Positions 37,801 through 49,809 of a DNA stretch of 64,000 nt are shown here, in pieces. Every line of letters starts with the position of its first letter. Position 1 is the first letter of the stretch. The stretch lies in NCBI RefSeq assembly GCF_035084215.1, contig NW_027139607.1:1-64000 (forward strand), read 5' to 3'. A program made the translations under genes and the position numbers. This DNA is from Heptranchias perlo. Lineage: Eukaryota. The notes below the pieces were generated by a model, which did no database searches, was not told the DNA's origin, and saw nothing but the letters and a program-made list of their open reading frames with translations.

Positions 37801-37898
37801 GACGTTGTCGTCCAGACAGAGCTCCCTGATGGTGGCTTATGCGGAGGAGGAGAGTGAGGTGGAGGGCACGGTGAATGGAGTCGTTAATACAGCTACAG
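37801..37898 (+). CDS. DNAJA3: DNAJA3 exon 10 (TLSSRQSSLMVAYAEEESEVEGTVNGVVNTAT)
   Basis: tggcag acceptor, CAG|gtgaga donor, 98 nt. Confidence 0.96.
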
Positions 37899-38293
37899 GT
37901 GAGAAGCACACTGAAGGGCTCACCGTACCAGCAGAGCTGGAAGGTGACTGGTATATTTTTACCGATCAAGCACCACGGACAAGCACGGTTGACCAAGTGC
38001 GTTAGAAACAAAAGAGTATTGTGATTCTCACCCCTCAGGGAGTGGTAGAATATTATTGCCATCAGGAGGGGTTGAGTGTCAGTAATGATTTCTCTTAGTC
38101 ACCATTCGCTGGCTTCGTACGATAGTTATCGGCTGGGGATGGAACGTAAGATAAACGAATGGTTTTGTACCAATCTAAAGAAAGAAAGACTTGCATTTCT
38201 ATAGCGTCTTTCACGACCTCAGGACGTCCCAAAGCGCTTTACAGCCAATGAAGTGTAGTCACTGTTGTATTGTAGGAAACGCGGCAACCAAAG

Positions 38294-39660
38294 AATCATA
38301 GAAAATTTATGGCACAGAAGGAGGCCGTTCGGCCCATCGTGTCCGGGCTGGCTGAGAAACGAGCCACCCAGCCTAATCCCACCTTCCCTCATTTGGTCCG
38401 TAGCCCTGCAGGTCATGGCTCTTCAGGTGCACATCCAGGTATTTTTTTTAATGAGTTGAGGGTTTCTGCCTCTCCCACCCTCTCAGGCAGTGAGTTCCAG
38501 ACCCCCACCACCCTCTGGGTGAAAACATTTGTCCTCATTTCCGCTCTAATCCTTCTACCAATTACTTTAAATCTATGCCCCCTGGTTATTGACCTCTCTG
38601 CCAAGGGAAATAGGTCCTTCCAATCCACTCTATCTAGGCCCCTCATAATTTTATATACCTCAATTAAATCACCCCTCAGCCGCCTCTATTCCAAGGAAAA
38701 CAACACCAGCCTATCCAATCTGTCATCATAGCTAAAATTCTCCAGTCCTGGCAACATCCTCGTAAATCTCCTCTGCACCCTCTCTAATGTAATGTGGTGA
38801 CCAGAACTATGCGCAGTACTCAAGCTGTGGCCTAACCAATGTTTTATACAGTTCCAGCATAACATCCCTGCTTTTATATTCTATGCCTTGGCTAATAAAG
38901 GAAAGCATTCCATATGCCTTCTTAACCACCTTATCTACCTGTCCTGCTACCTTCAGGGATCTGTGGACATGCACTCCAAGGTCCCTCACTTCCTCTACAC
39001 CTCTCAGTATCCTCCCATTTATTGTGTATTCCCTTGCCTTGTTTGCTCTCCCCAAATGCATTACCAAACACTTCTCTGGATTGAACTCCATTTGCCACTT
39101 TTCTGCCCATCTGACCAGTCCATTGATATCTTCCTGCAGTCTACAGCTTTCCTCCTCACTATCAACCACACGGCCTATATTTGTATCATCCACAAACTTC
39201 TTAAGTCCAAATCGTTAATGTATACCACAAAAAACAAAGGACCTAGTACCGAGTCCTGCGGCACCCCACTGGAAACAGCCTTCCAGTCTCAAAAACACCC
39301 GTCGATCATTACCCTTTGCTTCCTGCCACTGAGCCAATTTTGGATCCAATTTGCCACATTGCCTTGGATCCCACGGGCTTTTACTTTTTTGACCCCAAGC
39401 TGCCATGTGGGACCTTGTCAAAAGCCTCGCTAAAATCCACGTAGACTACATCAATTGCACTACCGTGATTGATCCTCCTTGTCACCTTGAAAAATTCAAT
39501 CAAGTTAGTCAGACATGACCTCCCCTTAACAAATCCGTGCTGAGTGTCCTTGATTAGTCCGTGCCTTTCTAAGTGACAGTTTATCCTGTCCCTCAGAATT
39601 GATTCCAATAATTTGCCCACCACCGAGGTTAGGCTGACTGGCCTGGAATTACTCGGTCGA
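38294..39660 (-). mobile_element. CR1 LINE fragment with internal deletions
   Basis: ORFs 39381-39692, 38807-39193, 38413-38646. Confidence 0.9.
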
Positions 39661-40217
39661 CCTATAAATCTATACCAACTTGTGCCCAGCAATCTAGGGC
39701 GAATGTAAAGTGGGAAATGGGATTGGTGATCAAGAATAGTTTAGACTACGGAAGAACATTGTGGGTGTCGCCTGAACTTTAGGAACATCTTAAAGTGACA
39801 GTCCATCTTGATTTTCTCTCTCGGCTTACTGCTCGCTCTGATCAGGTTTGTCTTTTTGATTGGCTTCTGTTGAGCTAGCCTTCAGATTAGAAGTTGTTTA
39901 ATCTTTTATACTCTGCCGGGTAAGTTTGAAGCCTGGGTGGGGATTTCACTGTGTCGTCTTCGGGCCTTGGATTCCAGGCCTTACCATGCAGTAGGGGCTA
40001 TGTTGCACTCTTGGGGAGGTGCCAGAGGAAGGTGGAATGCTCCCCAACAGGAAAGCCAAGACTCCTCCATATCCACCTCACTAGAGTGACATTTACTGAG
40101 GTCCGATAGAGGGATCAGGAGGAGGCCATTCAGCCCCTCGAGCCTGTTCCGCCATTCAATCAGATCATGGCTGATCTGTATCTTAACCACTGTTCCCTTT
40201 AAGCTGTGCGTGTGCAC

Positions 40218-40441
40218 GGCCACGCAGCAGTCTGTTGTGGGCCACGCAGCAGTCTGTTGTGGGCCACGCAGCAGTCTGTTGTGGGCCACGCAGCAGTCTG
40301 TTGTGGGCCACGCAGCAGTCTGTTGTGGGCCACGCAGCAGTCTGTTGTGGGCCACGCAGCAGTCTGTTGTGGGCCACGCAGCAGTCTGTTGTGGGCCACG
40401 CAGCAGTCTGTTGTGGGCCACGCAGCAGTCTGTTGTGGGCC
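40218..40441. repeat. 22-bp minisatellite ggccacgcagcagtctgttgtg, ~10 copies (followed by a 29-bp repeat at 40485-40610)
   Basis: Direct tandem repeat. Confidence 0.95.
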
Positions 40442-40639
40442 GCGCACTTAAACATTCTGTCCGTGCACCAAACCAGTGCTCTCGGCCCCTCTCCCACCCT
40501 GACCAGTCCCCAGGCCCCTCTCTCACACTGACCAGTCCCCAGGCCCCTCTCTCACACTGACCAGTCCCCAGGCCCCTCTCCCACACTGACCAGTGCCCAA
40601 ACCCCAGGCCCTTCTCCAGCTCTGCCTCCCCGGTCCCCA

Positions 40640-40845
40640 GGCGGGCTGCTCTGCCTCTGGTGCTGAGGAGTGTCCGATCCCGCGGCTCCGGCCCCAGCCA
40701 CCGCGTTGTTTACTGTGTTGCTAGGAAATGCAATCAGCGAGCAGCTGATTGGCTGAGCGGAAACCAGACCAGGAAGTAAGATCGAAACCAATGTGTTTGT
40801 CAGTGGCCAATCACGAACCGGACCCATCTCCACCCAATCAGAAAG
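40640..40845 (-). promoter_or_regulatory. Promoter-like motif cluster inside DNAJA3 intron 10
   Basis: tgtttac 40707, X-box gttgctaggaaat 40717, CCAAT boxes at ~40748/40788/40807/40834, caggaagt 40770, local CpG enrichment; strand inferred. Confidence 0.55.
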
Positions 40846-40861
40846 CAGGCATCTCCACCCA

Positions 40862-41322
40862 ACCAGACTGATTCCTGGGATGGCAGGACTGTCGTATGAG
40901 GAGAGATTGGGTCGACTCGGCCTGTATTCACTCGAGTTTTGAAGAATGAGAGGGGATCTCATTGAAAGATATAAAATTCTGACAGGGCTAGACAGACTGG
41001 GTACAGGGAGGATGTTTCCCCTGGCTGGGGGGGTCCAGAACGAGGGGTCACAGTCTCAGGATACTAGGTAGGAAATTTAGGACTGAGATGAGAAATTTCT
41101 TCACTCAGAGGGTGGTGAACCTGTGGAATTCTCTACCACAGAAGGCAGTGGAGGCCAAGTCACTGAATATATTTAAAAGGAACTCGACAGATTTCTAGAC
41201 ACAAAAGGCATCAAGGGGTATGGGGAGAGAGCGGGAATATGGTATTGAGATAGAGGATCAGCCATGATCATATTGAATGTGGAGCAGGCTCGAAGGGCCG
41301 AATGGCCTGCTCCTATTTTCTA
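40862..41322 (+). mobile_element. CR1 LINE 3' fragment
   Basis: agactgattcctgggatgg..gatcagccatgatc tail. Confidence 0.85.
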
Positions 41323-41448
41323 TCAGAGGGAGCAGACTGCGACCAACACACTGCTTCACCAGTGCGTCCTCCCAAACTGCACGAACGGCTTGTGATTGAC
41401 ACGTTTCCTTGTATTCTCACCCTGGGCTTTCACTGTTTGTATCTACAG

Positions 41449-41564
41449 GCACTAAAGCCCGGGCGAGCACTGAGACCAGGGAAAAAGAGTCAGAAAAGCC
41501 TGAGACTGAGCCAGGGGAAAACAAGGAGGGATTCTTTACCAAATTAAAGCGAATGTTTAGCTGA
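41449..41564 (+). CDS. DNAJA3: DNAJA3 long-isoform (Tid1-L) C-terminal exon (GTKARASTETREKESEKPETEPGENKEGFFTKLKRMFS*); 477-aa product
   Basis: ctacag acceptor, phase 1; matches human EGFLSKLKKMFTS as recalled; donor GAG|gtagga after 41574. Confidence 0.92.
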
Positions 41565-42339
41565 CGTGTCAGAGGTAGGACACCTTTTTTGTTTTCCCTT
41601 TATTGACACCCAAACTTCATAGTTTGTCCAACCGCTGCCTGGCGTAAAGAGGTGTTGGCCTCGGGCAGCCAATGTGCATCAGTGAGTGCAGCACGTCCGC
41701 CCTGGTGTGATTCTACCTTTGGTGCGTCCGATGTGTGAGAGTGGCAGGTTCTGAATGTTGATTACCTGGCGTTAGCCAATGAGTACAGCCCCCAACATGG
41801 ATACAAGGTGGGGCCTGAGTGAAATGGGTTTGGGCAGTCTGATTCTCAGCGTAGCAGTCCACAGTGCAAACCCTGTCGTAGAATCATAGAATGGTTACAG
41901 CACGGAAGGAGGCCGTTCGAGTCTATGCCGGCTGTCTGCAAGTACTAGTGCTGATTTTTCTTGAGATGCCACTAAGCTTAGCAAGTGAGTTTGAAAGACT
42001 AATTGTTGCCTTGGTGAACTAAAGGTCCAGACACTTGAAGTAGGGATGGGAGGAGGCTCGTGTGGAGCATAAACACCAGCATAGACCAGTTGGGCCAAAT
42101 GGCCTATTCTTCACTGTAGTCTCGATGTAACACTTCACGGCAGTCGCAGATGAATTCTAAATCCTATGATCCTGGCTGTGTGAGGTTTACACTCCCCAGG
42201 GAACACAATGCTTACGTACTAACCAGTGCTCCAGGACACTCCAGTGCTCACTCTCAGCTCTTGTGTAAATCTTGACTCTGTGATGAACTTGATTGTTTTA
42301 AAAGTCTGCCACGTTTCACTGGTGGTGTTCTGGTTTCAG

Positions 42340-42362
42340 GAAAGCGCTCGAGTGGAAACTGA
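42340..42362 (+). CDS. DNAJA3: DNAJA3 short-isoform (Tid1-S) terminal exon (GKRSSGN*); 446-aa product
   Basis: tttcag acceptor, phase 1; human KRSTGN as recalled; possible CATAAA polyA signal 42642-42647. Confidence 0.92.
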
Positions 42363-42953
42363 GTCCAGCCTGGGTGAGCGGACTGTGCTGCAGTGAAGGA
42401 TGCACATTTCCTCCAGTCACTGTGTCAGAGTGGCAGGCAGCTGCTGCTGAAGGAATTCCTTTCCCTTGGAGCAGGACAGCGAGACCGTGGATACATTTTC
42501 ATTTTCCAATAAGAAAGCTCTTACATTTTATTTTGTAGCTTTGATTACTTCTGTACAGTGATGTCAATAGCCATGTAAATATAGTGACAGATACAGTATT
42601 TAATCACAGCTGTTGCACTATGTGATCAATGTTTTGGACAACATAAAATAATTGTGCTGGGAGTTGGAGCAGTCTCTTCCATTTAAATCCTGACGTGTCA
42701 TTGGGAAGGAACTTGATGGCTTTGATTGAGTTCTTTCGTTTGATTCCCACCGCAGAGCGAAGTGTGTTGCTGCTTTGGTGTCACAGTGGGTGAATGCCTA
42801 GCAGGTCACTATTACTCCATCCCTACTGCCCATTCCTCACACACAAGCCGAGACAGCAAGTGTCGGTGTGGGGGGGGTCACAGCTTAGTCGAGTCCTCTT
42901 CCACTAGAGAGCCAGGAGCAGGAAACCTGGCTGATTGTAAAATACGTTTCAGA

Positions 42954-43170
42954 TGTCAGTTTGTTTCACTTCCATTTCAGTGCAGTACGGAGGGAGTGCT
43001 GCACTGTCAGAGGTGCAGCTTTCGGATGAGACGTTAAACCAAGGCTCCGTCTGCCCCCTCAAGTGGACCTAAAAGATCCCCTGGCCCCTGGTTGAAGACG
43101 AGCAGGGGAGTTCTCCTCTGTCCTGGCCAATATTTATCCCTCAACCAACATCACAGATTATCTGGTCATC
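42954..43170 (+). mobile_element. Deu-domain SINE fragment
   Basis: cagtgcagtac.gagggagtgctgcactgtc.gaggtgc..ttcggatgagacgttaaacc. Confidence 0.75.
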
Positions 43171-43877
43171 TAAATGGGGCTACTTTAGATGTTGCATTGT
43201 TTAATGGGGGGGGGGGGGGGGGGGGGGCATTGTGGGCCTCATGTTCTGTTCACCCCCTCCCTTTTCTTAGGTTATATTTCTCCTTCCACGCTCTGGATTG
43301 TGCTTTCTGTTTACCCTCAATTCCTTTTGTTTCTGCTCTGTATATTGAAGGACTAATTCAGTTTTTCTTTAAACCCAGTTTCTATTGAAATATGCAAAAA
43401 TGAGTCTTTCCTTAGGAAGAGGTCTCCAGATTACATGACTCTGGAGCTACAGGCTTTAGGAGGTCTTAGTTTGAGTTATAAATCACCTGACTCCAGATCT
43501 ATCATTCTTTGCAAGCAAAGTGCAGCTGCCCACAGATTGGGTAAAGGTCCAATTGTTGACAGTCATTCACTGACCTTGAACAACAAGGAGCAGTGGGGCT
43601 ACACTTCTAAACAACTTTGTTCTAGCAGTGCACAAGGGCAGCAATATCCTGGGATGCTGTGGCAGTATCATAGGATTGAGATCAACTAGCAAGTGACAGA
43701 CTTGAGCTAAATTGGCTGTGTTCCTATCAATTTTAACTGCTGGCAATCAGACTCCCAGTTTTCTGTTTCACAGTGAACATTAACTTTGGGTCTCAGCTGC
43801 CAATGTAAATAGCACTCAGTGTCCACTAAAGTGGTTCAGATTAAAAGGACATGTAGCCAGAGTCTTGTTAGAACACA

Positions 43878-44164
43878 TTTAATATCAGAGTGCATAAATA
43901 CATTGGATAAAGAGCAAACATTGAAATTGTGCAGATCCAACAACTGATTAAAGAAAGTGGAATTTCATACAATATTACATTTAACTGCATTATACATTCT
44001 TTCTTCACAAAGACTCCTTTTCCCTCAAATAAAAAGTGAGGGGATAGGAGATGAAGGACTCCCTACTCAGCCTGCCTTGGGCTAAAGCTGTGTGATCAGA
44101 GTAGTCCATATATTGCAAAAATATTAGTGGTGAACTCAGAAGCCAGTGTACCAATTAATTTATT
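43878..44164 (-). terminator. Candidate HMOX2 polyadenylation signals
   Basis: Minus-strand AATAAA 44159-44164 and ATTAAA 43878-43883 in AT-rich sequence downstream of the stop. Confidence 0.45.
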
Positions 44165-45121
44165 CAGATTTAAATTGCTGCTGAAATATGAAACAGCTTC
44201 CCCCCGCTGGACTGAGAAGGCAAAATTAATTGGGGGGGGGGGGGGGGGCTAGGGGAAGAGAGAGTGCGCACTGTATTCAGCCATTTGGTAATTAGGGTGC
44301 GACATCACCAATCCGCAGGGGAATATCTGCCCCTACAAGAAAGTTGCACCCTGCTTTCAATTACCAGACTGGACACTGGAAAGCAGGGCACGTCTTGTAA
44401 CACAGTCTCATCTCCAAAGCCCAGGCAGACTGCACTGTGACTGGCATCAGTGAGAGGGGCCTTGTAATTAGAGGCCCCTGGATAAATCTCAGATCACCTG
44501 TTGTCTAATTCACTTTAATATCCCAACCAGACGACACCTGGGAAAAGTATCAGGGTCTTCAGCGGGGTCAGGGAGGTGAATGGTCCAAGTTTTTTTACTG
44601 AGCCAGAGACACGGAATTTAACTCCGTCTCGAGGGAGGTTTTTTGATGATTTACTGCAATTAACCAGCTGTGCTCCTTCAACAAAATAAATTGGAAAATT
44701 CACTTTCTCCAAAACCGCTGCTTCCAGTAAGGGCGAGGACATTCTACAATTCAGTAAATACACAGGAGCCTGAACGACGCTTATAGACACAGCTTCAGGA
44801 AACCGGTCAGCGCTCCGAGCCGAAACTATTTACGACACCTTGCTGGTGGCATTAGTTATAGAGAGCGGTGCTCACCTGAACACTAATTAAACACAACACG
44901 CAGAACATTCAGCTACCAGATAACAGGCCTCAGTATCTAAGACCAAACACAGCGTTCAAAGTGGGAGAAGTTGGAACAGGCCCATTCTCCCTCTCAGTTC
45001 TGCTGGATCTCAATTGCACAGATAAAATATTTCTTCTGGGGGGGGGGGGACATTGGGGAGAGGGGGGTGGAAGAGGTTTGCATCACTTTTGTTGGACAAT
45101 CCCTGTCTGCGGCTGTAAACC

Positions 45122-45237
45122 TCACAGCAGATACCAGCCAGCAGCGAGAGTCAGAAGAGCAGCCAGCACCAGCTGGAAAGGAGAGCTCTGCACCATCGCC
45201 ATTACCGAATGAAACAGGCACCCAATTTCACCATCGC
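45122..45237 (-). CDS. HMOX2: Heme oxygenase 2 last exon (GDGEIGCLFHSVMAMVQSSPFQLVLAALLTLAAGWYLL*), C-terminal membrane anchor
   Basis: ctctctccccag acceptor, phase 1, TGA 45122-45124. Confidence 0.92.
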
Positions 45238-45661
45238 CTGGGGGAGAGAGAGAAAACCGGCAAAGGGATTAATCAACAGGCGGAGCACCGTGTGCCACGG
45301 TTAGTTACATCGCCCTGCCGCATACAGCCCCGGCACATCGCACCATACAACCACACACCTACACCCCACCTCAGTGGGCAGTGGCCTCGGCACTGGGTCT
45401 GTTGGCAGGCTGTGCCCACCGGTGCCAGGCGAAGGTTTGTGGACTTGTGCTTGTTCCCATGTTGGCGAGTGCGACACTCGGTGTAAACAGGACCAGCTCA
45501 GCACCGAGGGAACCACATCCACTGGGCGCGAGACTCCAGTTTCCCAATGAATGAACATTAGTCCCCGTGGGCTGGAGACTGACTGAGGTTAACAGTGTTC
45601 AGGTGCTGTGATCAATCCACACAAATGTCCACTTTGCATCTAATTACTGGATTCCCTGAAA

Positions 45662-45930
45662 CGCCCCCCCTCCAATCGCAGCCCTGGTGGATCCCCCTCC
45701 CCTCCAATCGCAGCCCTGGGGGGGGGGGGGGGGGAATGACCCCCCCTCCAATCGCAGCCCTGGGGAAGGGACACGTTCCCCCCCCCTCCAATCGCAGCCC
45801 TGGTGGATCCCCCTCCCCTCCAATCACAGCTGTGGGGGGACCACCCCCTCCAATCATAGCCCTGGGAGGACCCCCCCCCTCCTCCAATCATAGCCCTGGG
45901 GGGGGGGGGACCCCCCCTCCAATCACATTT
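45662..45930. repeat. Degenerate repeat cccctccaatc(g/a)cagccctggggg
   Basis: ~8 variable copies. Confidence 0.8.
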
Positions 45931-45966
45931 CCCCCTGGGTGGTTCCCACATGCCGAGTTCACCAAC

Positions 45967-46084
45967 CTTTCGCTGCGTAGAACGGGCACTTCCGAATATC
46001 TCCTTTCCCATCATGAAGTGGGACTCCATCTTCCTGCACCATCTCCCCTAGGGTTTCTCCAATCTTATCCAATTCCTCAAAAAC
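45967..46084 (-). CDS. HMOX2: Heme oxygenase 2 exon ([10 protein letters not shown]...[16 protein letters not shown]), first Cys-Pro motif
   Basis: cttgcag acceptor, AAG|gttggt donor, 118 nt; HDGKGDxRKCPFY is diagnostic of HO-2. Confidence 0.95.
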
Positions 46085-46417
46085 CTGCAAGAATTTGTGA
46101 TTAGAGCAAAGATTAAAGGGGAGCAGTTACTCGCCGTCAGAACCATTCGATGCAGTAAAGCATGCAGGAGAGGTGGAGACTCCGGAAATAAAGCTGGCAA
46201 CTGCTGCAAGTTGTTTTACTGCAGTGAAGCATCGCGCGTTCACTCAATGTGACACACAGCCTGCCCCGTCCCACTGCCAGCAGCTCCTGTAAACATCAAT
46301 ACGGGTCTCAGCATAAAGGGTCGTAGGTCCCACCGAGCAGAGATCTCACTCTGAGCAGGGGAACTCGCTCGGCTCATTATACAGGAGGGGGAGGAGACAA
46401 TTTCTGTTTGTTCAAGA

Positions 46418-46860
46418 ACTTGCATTTATATAGCGTCTTTAACGTAGTAAAACGTCTCAAAGCACTTCACAGGAGCGATTATCAGACAAAAATTGACACC
46501 AAGCCACAAAACGAGATATAAGGACACATGACCGAAAGCTTGGACAAACAGGAAGGTTTTAAGGAGCGTCTTAAAGGAGGAGAGAGAGGTGGAGAGGTTT
46601 AGGGAGGGAATTCCAGAGCTTAGGGCCGAGGCAGCTGAAGGCACGGCCGCCAATGGTGGGGTGATTAAAATCGGGGATGCACAAGAGGCCAGAAATGGAG
46701 GAGCGCAGAGATCTCAGAGGGTTGCAGGGCTGGAGGAGGTTTCAGAGATAGGGAGGGGCGAGACCACGGAGGGATTTGAAAACCAGGACGAGAATTTTAA
46801 AATCGAGACGTTGCTGGACCGGGAGCCAATGTAGGTCAGTGAGCACAGGGGTGATGGGTT
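46418..46860 (-). mobile_element. L2-type LINE 3' fragment
   Basis: PITPVLTDLHWLPV motif, tatataaatgcaagt tail. Confidence 0.8.
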
Positions 46861-47020
46861 CCAGCTGCATCACTTCCTGCACCAGGAATAAAAAAGGAAA
46901 AAAACCACACCAACACTGGAAACCAGAAATAAAACAGAAAACGCCGGAGATACACAGCGTGTGGGGGAAGTAGTCGGCGCTTTGGGCGCGGAGACACATC
47001 AGAAGCCGGGAGTATTCCGA

Positions 47021-49563
47021 CAGGGGGAGATAGAGGAACAGATATGTAGGCAAATCTCAGAAAATTGTGCAAATAATAGGGTAATAATAGTGGGGGATTT
47101 CAACTTCCCCAATATTATCTGGGATACTCAGAGTGTAAAAGGCTTAGAGGGTACAAAATTCTTAACGTGCATCCAGGAGAGCTTTTTGAGCCAGCATGTA
47201 GAAAGTCCTACAAGAGAGGGGGCGGTACTGGACCTAATTCTAGGGAATGTGGCCGGCCAAGTGGAAGAAGTGCTAGTAGGTGAGCACTTTGGTGACAGTG
47301 ACCATAATTCGGTGAGATTTAAGGTGGTCATGGAAAAGGACAGGGAGGGGTTGGAAATAAAGGTTCTAAATTGGGGGAAGGCCGATTTTAATAGGATAAG
47401 GCAGGATCTGGCCAAAATGGACTGGGATCAGCTGCTTGTAGGAAAATCCGCATCGGAGCAATGGGAGTCTTTCAGAAGGGAGATTGAGACCATACAATGG
47501 CAACATGTTCCCGTAAAGGTCAAGGGTGGTTCCAAGAACTCCAGGGAACCTTGGATGTCAGGGGATATACGAGAATGGATTAGGAAAAAAAGGAGGGCTT
47601 TTGGCAGATACAAAAGGCTAAAGACGGAGGAAGCCCTAGAGGAGTACAAAAAGTGCAGGGGGATACTTAAAAAAGAAATTAGGAGATCAAGGAGGGGCCA
47701 TGAAAGAACACTGGCGAGCAAAATAAAGGAAAATCCTAAGATGTTTTATAAGTATATTAAGGGTAAGAGGATGACGAGGGAAAAAATAGGGCCCATTAGG
47801 GACAAAAATGGCAATCTGTGTGTGGAGCCGGCAGATGTAGGAGGGGTTCTAAATGAATTTTTTGCATCTGTTTTCACTATGGAGAAGGACGATGTAGACA
47901 TAGAAATACGGCAGGGGGACTGTGATATACTCGAACATATTAACATCGAGCGGGAGGAGGTATTGGCGGTTTTAGCAGGCCTAAAAATGGATAAATCCCC
48001 AGGCCCGGACGAAATGTATCCCAGGCTACTGTGTGAGGCAAAGGAGGAGATTGCAGGGGCTCTAACACATATATTCAGAACCTCTCTGGCCACAGGGGAT
48101 GTGCCAGAGGACTGGAGAACCGCTAATGTAGTACCATTATTCAAGAAGGGGAGTAGGGAAAAACCGAGGAACTACAGGCCAGTGAGCCTAGCATCAGTGG
48201 TAGGAAAATTATTGGAAAAAATTCTGAAGGACAAAATTAGTCTCCACTTGGAGAAGCAAGGATTAATCAGGGATAGTCAACATGGCTTTGTCAAGGGAAG
48301 ATCATGTCTGACTAATTTGATTGAATTTTTTGAGGGGGTGACTAGGCGTGTGGATGAGGGTAACGCAGTGGATGTGGTATACATGGATTTCAGTAAGGCC
48401 TTCGATAAAGTCCCCCACAGGAGACTGGTCAAGAAGGTACGAGCCCATGGAATCCAGGGTGCCTTGGCACTTTGGATACAAAACTGGCTTAGTGGCAGAA
48501 GGCAGAGGGTGATGGTCGAAGGTTGTTTTTGTGACTGGAAGCCTGTGACCAGTGGGGTACCACAGGGATCGGTGCTGGGTCCCTTGCTGTTTGTGGTCTA
48601 CATTAATGACTTGGATATGAATGTAAAAGGTATGATCAGTAAGTTCGCTGATGATACAAAAATTGGTAGGGTGGTAAATAGCGAGGAGGATAGCCTCAGT
48701 CTGCAGGACGATATAGATGGGTTGGTCAGATGGGCGGAACAGTGGCAAATGGAATTTAACCCGGAAAAGTGCGAGGTGATGCACTTTGGAGGGACTAACA
48801 AGGCAAGGGAATACACAATGAATGGGAGGACCCTAGGCAAGACAGAGGGTCAGAGGGATCTTGGTGTGCAAGTTCACAGATCCCTGAAGGCGGCGGAACA
48901 GGTAGATAAGGTGGTAAAGAAGGCATATGGGATACTTGCCTTTATTAGCCGAGGCATAGAATAGAAGAGCAAGGAGGTTATGATGGAGCTGTATAAAACA
49001 CTGGTTAGGCCACAGCTGGAGTACTGTGTGCAGTTCTGGTCGCCGCACTACAGGAAGGATGTGATCGCTTTGGAGAGGGTGCAGAGGAGATTCACCAGGA
49101 TGTTACCAGGGCTGGAGCGCTTCAGCTATGAAGAGAGACTGGGAAGATTGGGTTTGTTTTCCTTGGAGCAGAGGAGGCTGAGGGGGGACATGATTGAGGT
49201 GTACAAAATTATGAGGGGCACAGATAGGATGGATACTAAGGAGCTTTTTCCCTTCGTCGAGGGTTCTATAACAAGGGGACATAGATTCAAGGTAAAAGGC
49301 GGGAGGTTTAGAGGGGATTTGAGAAAGAACTTTTTCACCCAGAGGGTGGTTGGAGTTTGGAACTCACTGCCTGAAAGGGTTGTGGAGGCAGGAACCCTCA
49401 CAACATTCAAGAAGCAATTGGATGAGCACTTGAAATGCCATAGCATACAAGGCTACGGACCAAAATGCTGGAATATGGGATTAGAGTAGACAGGGCTTGA
49501 TGGCCGGCGCGGACACGATGGGCCGAAGGGCCTCTATCCGTGCTGTATAACTCTATGACTCTA
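47021..49563 (+). mobile_element. 5'-truncated CR1 LINE ORF2 (APE C-terminus + RT), antisense in an HMOX2 intron; one in-frame stop at 48962-48964
   Basis: ORFs 46961-48964 and 48980-49489 share a frame; ctctatgactcta tail. Confidence 0.95.
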
Positions 49564-49809
49564 AAAGGTCGTGACCCCAAAACGTGTCCGCCATTTTCCC
49601 ATCCCATTTCGCTGCATGTTATTACGGGGCGGGCGAGACGAGGCGGCGAGACGCCTCAGAACTTCACGGTGAAAACCGTCAGCATCCGGGTCTCACCGCC
49701 GCTGGTGCCTCCCGAGACACGGCCGACCGGGTGAGGCGCGACACGGCCACTGGAAGCCTGGGCGTGGGAACCACGCTCCTTCCCGTTAATGCCCTTCAGT
49801 AATGCTCAC

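Noticed and set aside
42600-44700. Overlapping DNAJA3 and HMOX2 3'UTRs via plus-strand AATAAA at 44028
   Set aside because: A nearer CATAAA (42642) could end DNAJA3; this cannot be decided from sequence alone.
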